Source: Octopus bimaculoides (taxonomy: Eukaryota). From it: DNA of 63,952 nt. Each line of letters begins with the position of its first letter. The stretch's first letter is position 1. A program made the position numbers and the translations under genes. This document shows, in pieces, positions 27,117-40,520 of this stretch. The notes under the pieces were generated by a model, which saw only the letters and a list, made by a program, of their open reading frames with translations, was not told the DNA's origin and made no database searches. The stretch spans positions 16,741,512-16,805,463 of the forward strand of contig NC_069006.1 in NCBI RefSeq assembly GCF_001194135.2, read 5' to 3'.

Positions 27117-27255
27117 ATGATTAATTCTGAATCAGAAGATACGGACTTGGTATTTTATGATGAAAATCTCTTTGGATTGGACCCCTTATTTCATATACAT
27201 TGCAAACTGTTCATTGTTGATGTCCTAAATCTTTCACCTTACCCAACACTTCCAG
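27117..27255 (+). CDS. STN1: STN1 coding exon 1
   Basis: ATG at 27117; MINSESEDTDLVFYDENLFGLDPLFHIHCKLFIVDVLNLSPYPTLP; donor CCAG|GTAAGT, phase 1. Confidence 0.9.
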
Positions 27256-30200
27256 GTAAGTGATACACCCTATATTACAGTCATTTCACTCTTTGTTTTG
27301 TAACCAGCACTTCCAAGTGGGTGACATACCCTAATTCATTTCAATCCTTCACTTTATAGTTCTTGTTGGTGTGGAGGCGCAGTGGTTAGGGCAGCGGACT
27401 CGCGGTCATAAGATCGGGGTTTCGATTCCCAGACCGGGCATTGTGAGTGTTTATTGAGCGAAAACACCTAAAGCTCCACAAGGCTCCGGCAGGGGATGGT
27501 GGCAAACCCTGCTGTACTCTTTCACCACAACTTTCTCTCACTCTTTCTTCCTGTTTCTGTTGTGCCTGTAATTCAAAAGGTCAGCCTTGTCACACTCTCT
27601 GTCACGCTGAATATCCCCGAGAACTACGTTAAGGGTACACGTGTCTGTGGAGTGCTCAGCCACTTGCAAGTTAATTTCATGAGCAGGCTGTTCCGTTGAT
27701 CGGATCAACTGGAACCCTCCACGTTGTAAGCGACGGAGTGCCAACAACAATTCTTGTTGGTAGTGTTTTTTAGTTGCTAATCCAGCAGACCTATGATCAA
27801 AGATGATCCAACCATGACATCTCTTTTAATCAGAAATAATAATATCCAGTGTATCCTTTTCTTAAGATTTGAAGCTTTAGTGATGTTTGTCTACTATTTC
27901 TAGCAGGTTGAGTAACCCTGTTTATGCCTCTCTTCTCACGCTGTTCATTCATTTACTTTCCCCAGACGGAGTCTTTTTGGTTTAACCTCAGCAATGGTTG
28001 CAAAACTATCTCTAACATGGCTCAGTCATATATTACAACTTAATCTCATTGCTTCCATGTCACTGCTCTCCATTCCTACAGCTCTGTCATAGTACTGCAC
28101 TACTATGTAGTCCACTCCCTCTTCTCCATTTCTACAGCCCTGTCATAGAATTGTACTATGTGGTCCTTGCCCTCTTCTATTTCACTTATTTTTACATCCC
28201 TCCCATGGTACTTTGCTACTATTTTAACTGTTTTGTACCACATTTCATGATGGCTAATTGAATGAATAGATAGGTAATTACTGAGATACAATAAAATGAC
28301 TGAAAAATATCTTAAACTTTTACTTACAGGAGTTTATTGTTATAAAAACCATCCTATATTCAAAGTTGATATCATGGGAATAATTGTAAATTGCCAAGAA
28401 AAAGACCGAAACTTTATACTCAGAGGTAAGCTATTTATTCTGTAATTATTTGACACTTCTTGACTTTACTGTCAGACACACGCTGATGACCTTGTTATAG
28501 CTGAATCTCTACCTGACCTAGAGAAGAAATTTCAGGTGTGGAAGTAAGGCCTGGAATCAAAGGGCCTTAGAGTTAATCTAGCAAAGACCAAATTCCTAGT
28601 AAGTAGGAAAACAGACAAATCACAAATCTCTTCAAAGAGATGGCCCTGCTCATTGTGTAAGGAGTTTGTTGGTAGAAACTCCATGCATTGTACTCAGTGC
28701 GAACTTTGGACACATAGGGGGTGTAGCAGTATCACAGAAAGGTTAATAAAGAAAATAGTCTTAGTATGTGGTAAATGTGCAGATACAATAAACTTCGTCA
28801 AATGCTCAGTATGGATAGTTGCTAGAATAAGAATAGGTTGAGCAAAGTTCAGAGAGTTTCTGTCACTGTTGGTAACTAAAGGCCTCTCTTTCAGAGTGAA
28901 AGGCAGATTGTATGATGCCTATGTATGTACAGCTATACTACATGGCAGTGAAATATGAGCTATGACTACAGAGCACTTGCAAAAGCTGGAAAGAAATTAA
29001 GCTAGCTTGCTCTGCTGGATGGGTAATGTCAGTGTGGAGACAGATCAGAGTGTAAGTGATTTAAGAGGAAACTGGGTATAAGAGGCATTAGATGTTGTGT
29101 GCAGGAGAGAAGACTGTGCTGGTATGGTCATGTGATGCTTACGGATGAGGACAGTTGCTTAAAAAAGTGCCAAACTCTAATTATAGCGGGAACGTGTGGA
29201 AGGGTAGACCCAGGAAGATGTGGGGACAAAGTGGTGAGTAAAGATCTTCAGATGCTGGGCCACACTGAGGAAACGATAAGGCACTGGGAGTGGGGAGATT
29301 TGCTGCACTTGAGAAGATGCATTAAGCTACGTAAAATCAGTCATCCATACATACATGTCCTTTGTAGGTGCATATGCCACACAAAATGCACTTGTGCTGG
29401 TACCACATGAAATGCACTTGTGTGGATGTCACATAAAATGTAGTTGTACTGGTGCCATATACAATGTACTCATGCCGGTGCTGCATAAACACACTCCTGC
29501 CTGTGCTGTTTAGATGCACTCATGATGGTGGCACTCTGTAAAGTGGTTGGTGTTCAGAAGGGTATCCAGCAATAGAAACCATGCCAAAACACAACTAGAG
29601 TCTGGACAGCTCCCTGGTTGGTCAGCTGTCAAACCGTCCAATCCATGCCAGTGTGGAAAGCAGACATTAAACAATGATGAATTTGATGATTTATTATTTG
29701 GTATCGAAATTTTTGTTGCACCAACTGCAATTTTTTTTATTTAAACGAATGGGATGCAGTGGAATAGCATCAATGATCAAGTCACAGTTGATGCAACAAC
29801 AATTTTAACACCAAATAATAAATGTTTTAATAAAGTTAACAGTCTTTGTGTGTTTTTGAATGGCTAATATAAGTCTTCCACATTATTTGTATTGGTTTCA
29901 ACATACTGTCTCAGATCAAATTACTTGCTTGGGAAGTACACCTCTGCAATTTATTTGTATTTTTGTTTAAACATTTAATATAGTTGATGATGGTACTGGT
30001 TTAATATCTTGCTGTATTTGGAAGGAAAAAGTGGAAGCTGGAGGTAAGTTGGTTTGTTTGCTATTTTGATTTTAACATTTTTAGCAGTTACAGCTCCTAC
30101 ATGTAGGTCTGCCTTTGTTTCTAGCAAACTGAGATATAGTTAATTGTTGCCCTTGTTTAGGCTTTTAGGCTTGGATCAGCCCTGATCAAGCAGACGTAGG

Positions 30201-31532
30201 GAAAAAAGATATTCCAGCCATGACCATCCTGTTTTTTTTTTTGTTTTGTTTTTTTCCTGTGTGTAAGGAACCCAGAGTGGAGGCGCAATGGCCCGGTGGT
30301 TAGGGCAGCGGACTCGCGGTCATAGGATCGCGGTTTCGATTCCCAGACCGGGCGTTGTGAGTGTTTAATGAGCAAAAATACCTAAAGCTCCACGAGGCTC
30401 CATCAGAGGATGGTGGCGAACCCTGCTGTACTCTTTCACCACAACTTTCTCTCACTCTTTCTTCCTGTTTCTGTTGTGCCTGTAATTCAAAGGGTCAGCC
30501 TTGTCACACTGTGTCACACTGAATATCCCCGAGAACTACATTAAGGGTACACGTGTCTGTGGAGTGCTCAGCCACTTGCACGTAAATTTCACGAGCAGGC
30601 TGTTCCGTTGATCGGATCAACTGGAACCCTCGACATCGTAAGCGACAGAGTGCCAACAACAACAAGGAACCCAGGAACACGTAATCTAACCTGTCCTCCT
30701 TTCCTTAGATATTAAGGTATGATTTAGGGAAGTCTGGTTGTTATTTCTAGCAGTGATCCAATTACATACTCTTTGTTCGAGGTAGTGTTAGCTGAGCTCA
30801 AAACCTGATGGAGAGGAATAGTGGATTTTGGGAATGAAAGGTTTGATAAACTAATTTACCCTTAATACACTTTATGAAGCTGAAATCTTCACAAATTACC
30901 CCAATCACTCCATCTTCCTTTTACACAAATGTCACTCTATTTTTAATTAACACTCTTGCTACACAACACTAAATACTTGGCTATAAATTATTTTAACTCT
31001 AACCTTACTAAAGTACAACTTGAGAGAGACATTTGGGAGACTTAGTTTTGTCTCTTGCACAATCCAATATGAAGTTCAGCAATATGTTTGACACTACAGG
31101 GTAGTGAATTGGCAGAATTTCTAAGGCATTAGATGAACTGTCTTGCTGGGTTTGAACTCTGGATGCTACCATATTATCAAGTAAACAAGGCTTCTCTTAT
31201 ATTTTCAGACAATGACTTCAGGAGTTTACTTCCAGAAAGTTTACGCTTGAAAGCACATTCGTTGCATCCCGTGTTTAACCATGGAGAAATGGTTCACATT
31301 CGAGGAAAAATAAAGTCTTACAAAGGTGTCAATAGAATAATGATAAGTTACATTAGTATCCTTTTTAAAAAGTCTTTGAATTTTCTTTTTTAACTGTTTG
31401 CAATCATTCAGATTTTTTTTTTATATTGATTTCCTCTTCAATACATATTTAGTTTGGTACTTATTGAATGGATAAATTACCTGTTAAAAGAGAAGAGACG
31501 CAATTTGATGCACTGGTCTATTCTAACACAAG

Positions 31533-31565
<33 letters not shown>

Positions 31566-34500
31566 TTGTCTATCTGCCTAATGAATATTGGAGAAAAAGT
31601 AGAGTATATTGATGTTAATGCAGAAAAAGGGTACGTGGAGATTAGGGCATGATAGGTAAGTTACATTAACATTGAGGGCAGGCAGGTAGGGTATGATGTC
31701 AGGAGTGGCCAGTTTAGGTACACTGACTTTAGTGGGTGTCGCGGTACATGGACATTAGTGGGGTATTACAATACTGGGAGATTAGTGGGAAAATAAAGTA
31801 CATGTACATTAGGGGTAGGTTTACAGGGTATATTGAGTGACACGTAAAAGCACCCACTACACTCTCTGAGTGGTTGGCGTTAGGAAGGGCATCCAGCTGT
31901 AGAAACTCTGCCAAATCAGACTGGAGCCTGGTGTTGCCATCCGGTTTCACCAGTCCTCAGTCAAATCGTCCAACCCATGCTAGCATGGAAAGCGGACGTT
32001 AAACGATGATGATGATGATGATGATGATGAAGGTGTATAGTTATGTTACACTGATGGGGTACTAAGTACATAGACATGAAGGGTGAATTAGATGTGTATC
32101 AGGAGAAAAGCTAGAGACTTAGACATTAGGGGTTAGTTTGGGAAAAGGGTGTGCTAGGTTATAGTTTCTTCTGTATCATGTTACATCTAGTTTTGAAAAA
32201 CTGAAGCAAGTTCCTTAACTCTTGTCCCACCAGCACCAGTGTCCAGTGCTTCTGCCGAAATCGCTCGTATGTTTCAGCGTCCATATTTGTACAAGACTGT
32301 CTATGACCAAACATTAGTATTGGCACCTGAAGTTCAGAAGTTGCAGCTGAAAACAGATGACATAAGAACCAGATTAAAACCATTGGTAACCGTTTTGATG
32401 TTATTTATGTGTAGAATGACTTCTGCACAAACTGGAATGGTTTAGAACTGTGGTTCCCAAAGTGGGTGATACTGACTCCGCTGGGGGGTGGGGTGGTAAG
32501 ATCCTGCGGGGTGTTGAAGAAAAATGACCTTCCAATCTTTTATTCAGACAGTTTGTCTATAACTACATAATTGAATATACCTAGTTGATTCAGCAGACCT
32601 ATATTAAAGTCGTTCCAGTTATGACCTTCCAGTCTTTTATTCAGAGATAGTGTATCTGGGACTATATAATCAAATGTGTCCTTGTTGTTTAGCCCTACAT
32701 CAATCTTAATCCAGCAAACCTATGATCAGTGATGTTCCAGTCATGACCACCTACTCTTCTATACAGACATAGTTTATCAAGGACTACATTATCTAACGTG
32801 TCCGTCCCCATTTTCATGGTAAAGTGTTATTTGAAGGATATTTTACTGTTATTTTTAGTAGGGCAAGAGGCTATATTAGAGACTCTAGTGTTGGCTCACC
32901 AGAAACAGTGAAGCAATGTGATTACCATCACACATCAAAACAGAAATTCCTTTATTATGTGAAGTGTTGTTGTTGTTATTCCAGGAGAATGTTATGAAAG
33001 AACTACTGGCCGATATAACAGTGTTTACTATTAAAACTATCAAGGAACATGACATTTTGCACAGAATCAAAGATATTCTTGGTATTGATCAGGTATGCCA
33101 TAATCACCATCACCCTAATCATCATCACCATCATCATCATCACCATCATCATCACTGTTTTTACATCTGCTTTTTCCATGCTGATATGGCTTGGATGAGA
33201 CTTACTCAGAGAATTTTTTTTACAGTTGTATAACCTTTCTTCATTAACCCCCACTTGTTTTACCAACTAATGATCTACAGGAGTTGCAATATTTACAGAA
33301 GACAAACAAATATTGAAAATGAGAAGTCACTCAGAAAGATGCACTCATTCATGCATGCACACACACACACACACACACACACCCTAACCCTAACCCTTGC
33401 TTATGATGACAGTGTTAAACCAGACAATAAAGTCAACCATTCAAGGAATACAAAATTAGTCATAATTCTGCTCTGCCTAACACTGCATGGATGTTGTTCA
33501 TTTATTGTTTTTTTTTTTCCAGTCCTTGGAATACGTGGAGTGTATGATGAATAAAGTCTTAAAACAAATGGAACTCCAAGGCTTAATATGTTCCCGTTCT
33601 GATATTGCAAATTCAACATATGAGGTATGTTTCATCATTCTACTCTAAATGGCTGCTGCTTCTTTTTCTGACAAGTGTGACTTTATCTTCATTTTTCATT
33701 TATCTATATTTTCTTTAGATTCTCCTTTGTACTACTGTTACCACCAATAACCTAGAAAACTACAATGAAAGATCTTCCACTAGACCGAGATTTATTATTC
33801 TTTGGTTCCTCGGTATTCTTAGATTCTATACTACCTGTGATATGTGTGTCATTAGTAAATTTCACAAGAAATGATGTTTCTAATCATTATAATTCCCAAA
33901 TTCCCAGGTCTTGAACAGCTTCTGATTCATGAGAATGCTGTCTCTCCTGATTCAATGTAATAGATGCATTATGGCCAAATGGTTAACAAGTTCGCTTCAC
34001 AATCACAAGGTCCGGTGTTCAATCTCACTGCATAACGCCTTAGGCATGTCTTTTGCTACAGCTTTTAGTCAGCTCAAACCTTATGAATGAAACTAAGTAG
34101 ACAGAATCTGTGTGGACACCAATCAAATGTTTACACTTGCTGATTCTATTCGAGAATTATATTAAAAGTACATGTCTGTAGAATACTCAGCCACTTATAC
34201 ATTAATTGAATAAGTCTGGTAAACCAGTTGATTGATGAACAACTGAATATTCATCATCCTACAGAGATCCATTTACTTTATGGTTCTGTGTATCATCATC
34301 ATCGTCATTTAATGTCCATCTTCCATGCTGGTGTGATTTGGATGATTCAACAGGATCCAGTGAGTGGCAGGACTGCATTCTGCTCAAATGTCTGCTTTGA
34401 TGTAATTTTTCTGGTCAGATGCACTTCCTAGCATCATTCATTTTACAGAGTAATTTTTCTTTTTTGTGTCATAGCAGTGTACTAGTGAGGTCACCATGTA

Positions 34501-37500
34501 ACTCACAAGACTAAGATCCTCCTTAACTGAGTGTGGTTATAGTAGAGAGGGAGGTGACTTTATGCTACAGGTTGAAAAGTAGAAGCAGTGGTTCCCAAAG
34601 TGGCCGGTACTACCCCCTGGGGCTGGTGGCAAGATCCAGGGGGTGGGTGTTGAAGAAATGTGGGGTGATAAACGGGTGGCCAAAAGGGAGCAATAGATGT
34701 AAAAACAACTAAATAATGGATTAAGTTAAGTTTTATTTGTGAAATACAGTTGTTTTAAATTTGCTGCAGAAAGTGGTCAACGTTTGTGGTGGTGGGTGGG
34801 GAAGGGGCACTAGGAATGTGACCTGGGTGCCAAGGGAGCAGCACCCTGAAAAATTCTGGGAATCACTGGTTTAAAGTATATTAATATATTAACATTGGCA
34901 TACATGTTCTCATCAGCCTACAAGTTTAGGATATTGAAGACTTTCTGTGGATTTTGACACCAAAAGGATTCATAAATTACCTTTGATATTTTAGTATTCT
35001 TTGCTACTCTAGGCACATGGCCCGAAATTTGGGGGGAGGGGGCCAGTCGATTAGATCGACCTCAGTACACAACTGGTACTTAGTTTATCGACCCTGAAAG
35101 GATGAAAAGCAAAGTCGACCTCGGCGCAATTTGAACTCAGAACGTAAAGACTTGATGTACCGCTAAGCATTTCACCCAGCTTGCTAACGTTTCTGCTAGC
35201 TCGCTACCTTGATATTTTTGTATTATCAGTATAGCTAGTTACTGGCTATTCTAATAACTGGAGGAGAGAACTTTTAGAAATATTATAAAGATCCAATGAT
35301 GATTCCATGATATTCCATCAGATTTTGCCAAATTTTTCCTTTTCCATGCTGATATGAGTTGGACAGAGTTTATTGAGGCAGATTTTTTTACAACCAAATA
35401 CCCATCCCCTTCCCCTGTTGCTAACTCTCACCTGTTTCCTCATAGACAGACATGTTTTTGCAGAATATTGGAAATGAAAGTAACTGCTTATCCAAGCAGT
35501 AACACTTATTTACAACTATGACATGATGTCAAGAAGACAAACATACACAAATTCATGCATGCACACACACACATACACACACATACATATGATTTGCTTC
35601 CACACTGTTTCTGCCCACCAAATCCACTCACAAGGCTTTGGTTGGCCCAGGGCTATCTTCGAATTCTTATCTCAGTGGCTTGAGTGAGTGCCCTGTGACA
35701 GGGAGACTTGTGGTTCTTGTCTAGTGTATAATACAATAGTGACTAGAATGAGTGTCCAGTCCCATGTATGCTTGGAATTCTCATCTAGTGTATGATACAA
35801 TCTTGACTGCAGTGATAGCCTAGTAATAAGCATGATATTAATTTTCATCTACTGCATAATACAAAATCAATAAGAGTAAAGGCCTTGTCTTTTAGATACT
35901 TGTGGTTCATGAAAGAAATAGATTTCATGTTGGTTGACTTTGTGAATTAATTTTGATATTTTTGCCTCTTGCAGTCATTATTGAACCCCGGAACTGATCT
36001 GAATTTATTAATTATGGATATTATCAAGAAAGAAGCATATAATGGTAATGGTAAGTGGTTTTTTTGTTTGTTTTTTTTGGTGGTGTGGATGGTGGAATCA
36101 TTAGAGTATCTGCTGTTTGGCCATTTGGTATTTGTTCTGAGTTCAAATCATGCCAAGTTCAACTTTGTCTTTCATTGTTCCAGGGTCATAAGGAAATACC
36201 TGTCATTAAATCAACAGTTTCCAAGGCCTAAATTTGAGACCTTGTGACTTTGTAAGAAATTATTAATTTGCTTTTAATCTACATGTTTGATACAATTGCT
36301 TGCTGGGTTATACCTAGCACCCTCAGGCAAGTGAAGGTTAAAAGATGTTTAGATATAATTGAAAGTTTGGAGAGGAGAGGAGAGGGCAGAAATACAGTCA
36401 TGATACAACACAAATATTCAAGTTGATAGGGATTTTCTAAGGATGTGATCAGTACTTGTCAACAAACTTCAGTCTCTAAATCTCTGTCTATTCAAAGGAT
36501 CCTGAAGTTTCCAGATCCTTCTTTTCTAGACTGGCCTGCTTCTTGGAATCCTTCAAGCCTGTAATCTGAAGCTGCTAATGACTAACCTACGCTGAAGGGT
36601 ACATTCTTCACCAAGGAAAGTCTTTGCATTAATGAGCAACCCTGTATCTCACTTTGTGGTAAGAATGTAATCAATCTGGTTTGCTTAGCCACCAGATTGA
36701 TAGGTTATCAGGTGACTGGTTGGCTTTCTGAAATTGGCGTTGTAAATTATTAGGTTATTCGCAGCATGGAACTCCAGAAGCCTTGTTCCTTCTTCATTAC
36801 AAGAGCCATCTTCATGGCCACCATACATACTGTGGAAGACACCCAGTTGCTGCCCAACATGTCCATTGACATCACTTGTCACAAAGATAAGGTCACTGTT
36901 ATCTGTCTTTAAAGTAGTCTACGTCGTCTCCCTCATTGGACACGAAACTCAGCTTGCGAAGACTTATTGGGGCAAGCGAAAGCGAAATTGTGATGGCACC
37001 TGTGCCCAGCGTCGCCTTTCTGGCACTTGTGTCCGCAGCATGTGTAAGGACTTTCGAGTGAGATCGTTGCCAGTGCCCCTGGATTGGCTCTTGTGTGGGT
37101 GGCACATAAAATACACCATTTTCAGCATGGCTGTTGCCAGTACCGCCTGACTGGCCTTCGTGCGGGTGCCACATAAAAGCACCCACTACACTCTCAGAGT
37201 GGTTGGCGTTAGGAAGGGCATCCAGCTGTAGAAACTCTGCCAAATGAGATTGGAGCCTGGTGTAGCCATCTGGTTTCACCAGTCCTCAGTCAAATCGTCC
37301 AACCCATGCTAGCATGGAAAGCGGATGTTAAACGACGATGATGATGATGATCCTTTTATTTGGCAGAGACAGAGATAATTGTTGCTGTACTATTTTGCAA
37401 AATTAGTCTATGTTTAAGTACCCTATCGCATACTCTGACTACCTCAATCACCTTATCTACCCATTTCTCAGCTAGGAGTATGCTCACACCACCTCTCCTC

Positions 37501-37762
37501 ACTGTTGCCTTCTCAAATTTTATACCCATCTATGTAGTTAGTAATTGAAAGCACCATATTCTCTTGTGAATTATCTCCTTACCTTTAATTTTTTTTTTTT
37601 TCCACAGAGCATGGGTGTTCATTAAAGACTCTGAGAAGTTCCCTGGAGAAGACAAGTCAGTATACTGACATATCAGATGTCGCTGTTAACTGTTGTCTTG
37701 ACCAATTAGAAAGCAATAGCAACATTATTAAAATCACAAGCACTTTTTTTATGCCCACTTAA
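27117..37762 (+). CDS. STN1: CST complex subunit STN1 (OBFC1), complete CDS: join(27117-27255,28330-28425,29984-30043,31209-31355,32234-32385,32985-33092,33523-33624,35975-36050,37608-37762), 1035 nt, 344 aa
   Basis: All introns are GT-AG with matching phases. The translation follows STN1 motifs in order: FGLDPLF..CKLFIVDVL, GVYCYKNHPIFKVDIMG, VDDGTGLISCCIWK, GEMVHIRGKIKSY, EIARMFQRPYLYKTVYDQ, then a winged-helix C-terminus ending LDQLESNSNII...FFMPT*. Confidence 0.93.
27371..27750 (+). mobile_element. Full-length tRNA-derived SINE with 11-bp TSD, in STN1 intron 1
   Basis: TSD TTCTTGTTGGT at 27360-27370 and 27751-27761; (CAA)n tail. Confidence 0.92.
28330..28425 (+). CDS. STN1: STN1 coding exon 2
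   Basis: ttacag| GVYCYKNHPIFKVDIMGIIVNCQEKDRNFILR |gtaagc; phase 1 to 1. Confidence 0.92.
28480..29680 (+). mobile_element. Decayed RTE LINE 3' part with a 26-bp tandem-repeat segment
   Basis: ADDL..IAESLPDLEKKFQVW, RLCWYGHVM; degenerate AAATGCACTTGTG repeats at 26-bp spacing from about 29384; tail ...ttaaacaatgatga. Confidence 0.8.
29984..30043 (+). CDS. STN1: STN1 coding exon 3
   Basis: aatatag| VDDGTGLISCCIWKEKVEAG |gtaagt; 60 nt; OB-fold DD.TG motif. Confidence 0.92.
30276..30663 (+). mobile_element. Full-length tRNA-derived SINE with 11-bp TSD
   Basis: TSD AAGGAACCCAG at 30265-30275 and 30664-30674. Confidence 0.92.
31209..31355 (+). CDS. STN1: STN1 coding exon 4
   Basis: ttttcag| DNDFRSLLPESL...HGEMVHIRGKIKSYKGVNRIMISYI |gtatcc. 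Confidence 0.88.
31840..32028 (+). mobile_element. RTE-tailed SINE copy
   Basis: Near-identical to the 53820-53997 segment; (GAT)n tail. Confidence 0.88.
32234..32385 (+). CDS. STN1: STN1 coding exon 5
   Basis: cccaccag| TPVSSASAEIARMFQRPYLYKTVYDQTL...LKPL |gtaacc; phase 1 to 0. Confidence 0.85.
32985..33092 (+). CDS. STN1: STN1 coding exon 6
   Basis: attccag| ENVMKELLADITVFTIKTIKEHDILHRIKDILGIDQ |gtatgc. Confidence 0.85.
33523..33624 (+). CDS. STN1: STN1 coding exon 7
   Basis: ttttccag| SLEYVECMMNKVLKQMELQGLICSRSDIANSTYE |gtatgt. Confidence 0.87.
34586..34868. mobile_element. hAT (Charlie-type) MITE
   Basis: Terminal inverted repeats CAGTGGTTCCCAAA ... TCTGGGAATCACTG; a related fragment lies at about 32450-32525; the TSD has decayed. 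Confidence 0.7.
35975..36050 (+). CDS. STN1: STN1 coding exon 8
   Basis: cttgcag| SLLNPGTDLNLLIMDIIKKEAYNGN |gtaagt; phase 0 to 1. Confidence 0.87.
36540..36905 (-). mobile_element. RTE apurinic-endonuclease domain fragment
   Basis: SDVNGHVG...HGGHG.G..NEEGTRLLEF..ANNLII.NA.F.K..SHLITY.SG-type motifs. Confidence 0.8.
36910..37352 (+). mobile_element. RTE-tailed SINE, long copy
   Basis: Same family as 53675-53997; (GAT)n tail. Confidence 0.85.
37608..37762 (+). CDS. STN1: STN1 coding exon 9 (terminal)
   Basis: ttccacag| EHGCSLKTLRSSLE...LDQLESNSNIIKITSTFFMPT*; AATAAA at about 37808. Confidence 0.9.
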
Positions 37763-39753
37763 CATTTACAAAGAATTATAAATCATTAAAGTTATTAAGT
37801 ATGTTTTAATAAAAATGATCGTTTTCTGAACTGTTTGCCTCATTTATAAATGAAAGTTCAGGTATGGCTGTGTGGTTAAGGAAATTACTTAACAACCATG
37901 TAGTTTTTGGGTTCCCTCTCATTGCATTGCTTCAGGCTGGCCAGAAGCTCTTCACACAAGTAAATACATAAATACAAAACAAGGTGGAAAAAAAGCAGTA
38001 CTCAAATACTGAAGGCAAAGTAATATGCTTTTTTATCAAAGCTGCAAAAACATCACAAAAATCTGCTACTCAGAGTTTCACATTCCCATTAGTCAGGCAG
38101 TTGTGATTAAGAATGGAATAAAATTGTGATTGTACTTGTAATATTTAATTTGATAGGATTCAGTTTGACAAATAAGCATTTGAACTTGATTGGGTAATTT
38201 TGCTAACATTTGGGCTAGTCAGTGGTTTATAAAATTGAACAGTAAAATATGAATATACATCATTCGTTTAACGTCTGCTTTCCATGCTGGCATGGGTTGG
38301 ACATATATATATAATTTAAATTAAGCAGAAAATGGAGAAATCTTGATCAACAATTGACTACCATTGATTATTATTTAATAAAAAACTTTATCCTATCTAA
38401 CAGTCGTTTCTGTTTCTTATTCCAACTACTAACTCTTCTAACCTTATTTATATATATATAAAATATAAATGAATAACAAAGATACAAACATGTATAATTG
38501 TCAATTCATTACAGCCGTTTTGAGTGACTCCTTTAATTGATCAATGAAAGCATTACATCATTACAAAGAAACCCGTTCTCATCAGATGGCTGCATAGACT
38601 TCAAGCATAAAGGACAAGTTAGATATCTAAACATATTCATATCATCACTAGAGAGCAAATATTTACAATGATTCCACAGCTAAATTTTTTGGCAGAATGA
38701 AAAAAGGACAGTACAGCGACACAAACCAGAAATTAGCATTGGCTAGAGTGTGGGGGAAAGTAGTGCACAAGATGCCTCAATCTAAGTACCTAATTCAACT
38801 GAATCTAAATTACATTTTACATATATATAGATATATATACACGCACGAGTAAGTACATATATGCAAAACAAGGTGAAAAAGAAAGTATAATATAGAAAAA
38901 AGCTTGAGTTAAGGAGTCGTGTATGTCCAGAATAGATTAATTAATGGTAAATAAATAATTAATAGAGACATAAGTTTGTTTTATAAATTTAAAACCCATG
39001 GATTGAATAAGTTCCTAGGTTAAAAAATCCAATAATGGGTTTATGTAATGCATACACACATATACAAACGTGAATTCATATATATATGTATGCAAAATAC
39101 ATGCATACATATACACATAAACACACATACCTACATGCATGTTAAGCATACATATACCTTCATGTATATGTACGAATACACACGTGAGCAGATACACATA
39201 CATACATATGAATATATATACTCATGTATGCACACGTTTCTACATATATATATATCATATCTATATATTGGTGGGCATATGTACATGCCCACCAATACAT
39301 GTACATACGTATGTATCCATATGTACACACAGATAGACACAACTATATATATATATATATACGCATATGCGGTCACCAGAGAAAAAGGAGAAAGAAAAAA
39401 CAATAATTAATAATCTTGTAGCCATTTGACAGTATCGTAACATTGTTGGGGGGGGGAGCTATGGAAAAGGAAAAGAGAAAAAAGAAAAATAGAAAACCAA
39501 ACGTGCATATACATATATGTACACACAACTATGTGTACATATACATGCACATACACGCGCCCATATGTGTATAATGTGTATGGATACAACAGGACTTGTA
39601 CATGTGTGTAGTCACACATGGCATGGATATATGCACTCACATACACATGCAAATACCAGTATACGTTCATATATACTTGCACACAAATTCACACGTAGTC
39701 ACACACATACATGTACATACATAAACACCCATACATATATATATATGTATGTA

Positions 39754-39816
<63 letters not shown>

Positions 39817-40181
39817 NNNNNNNNNNNNNNNNNNNNNNNNNNNNNNNNNNNNNNNNNNNNNNNNNNNNNNNNNNNNNNNNNNNNNNNNNNNNNNNNNNNN
39901 NNNNNNNNNNNNNNNNNNNNNNNNNNNNNNNNNNNNNNNNNNNNNNNNNNNNNNNNNNNNNNNNNNNNNNNNNNNNNNNNNNNNNNNNNNNNNNNNNNNN
40001 NNNNNNNNNNNNNNNNNNNNNNNNNNNNNNNNNNNNNNNNNNNNNNNNNNNNNNNNNNNNNNNNNNNNNNNNNNNNNNNNNNNNNNNNNNNNNNNNNNNN
40101 NNNNNNNNNNNNNNNNNNNNNNNNNNNNNNNNNNNNNNNNNNNNNNNNNNNNNNNNNNNNNNNNNNNNNNNNNNNNNNNNN

Positions 40182-40238
<57 letters not shown>

Positions 40239-40297
40239 TAAATACATATACACACAAACAGATATATGCACTGGTATTAGCCTGGCATATTGAATAT

Positions 40298-40520
40298 GGC
40301 ATAGTGGTTAAGAGCACGGGCTACTAACCCCAAGATTCAGAGTTCGATTCCAGGCAGTGACCTGAATAATAATAATAATAATAACATCGAAAAAAATACC
40401 TTAGGAATGAGAACCCAGGTTTGAAATTTCCCCAAGGCTGGAGGGTATATCAGCCGAAATGTTGTGTTAACAAAAAACAAGATGAGGACAAATATCCATC
40501 AACTGTAAATAATGTAAATG
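40298..40520 (+). mobile_element. tRNA-headed SINE with Penelope-like tail; hammerhead core deleted
   Basis: A-box ggcatagtggttaag, B-box gagttcgattcc, (AAT)n, then the same tail as 54120-54265 but lacking GATACCTGATGAA. Confidence 0.8.

Noticed and set aside
31729-31950. Recurrent peptide MKPDGNTRLQS..LAEFLQLDALPNANHS (also 1486, 36899, 53450)
   Set aside because: It is the translation of one high-copy SINE, not a gene family.
33381-33397. (CCCTAA)2 telomere-like repeat inside STN1, a telomere gene
   Set aside because: Under three units, adjoining a (CA)n tract; expected by chance.
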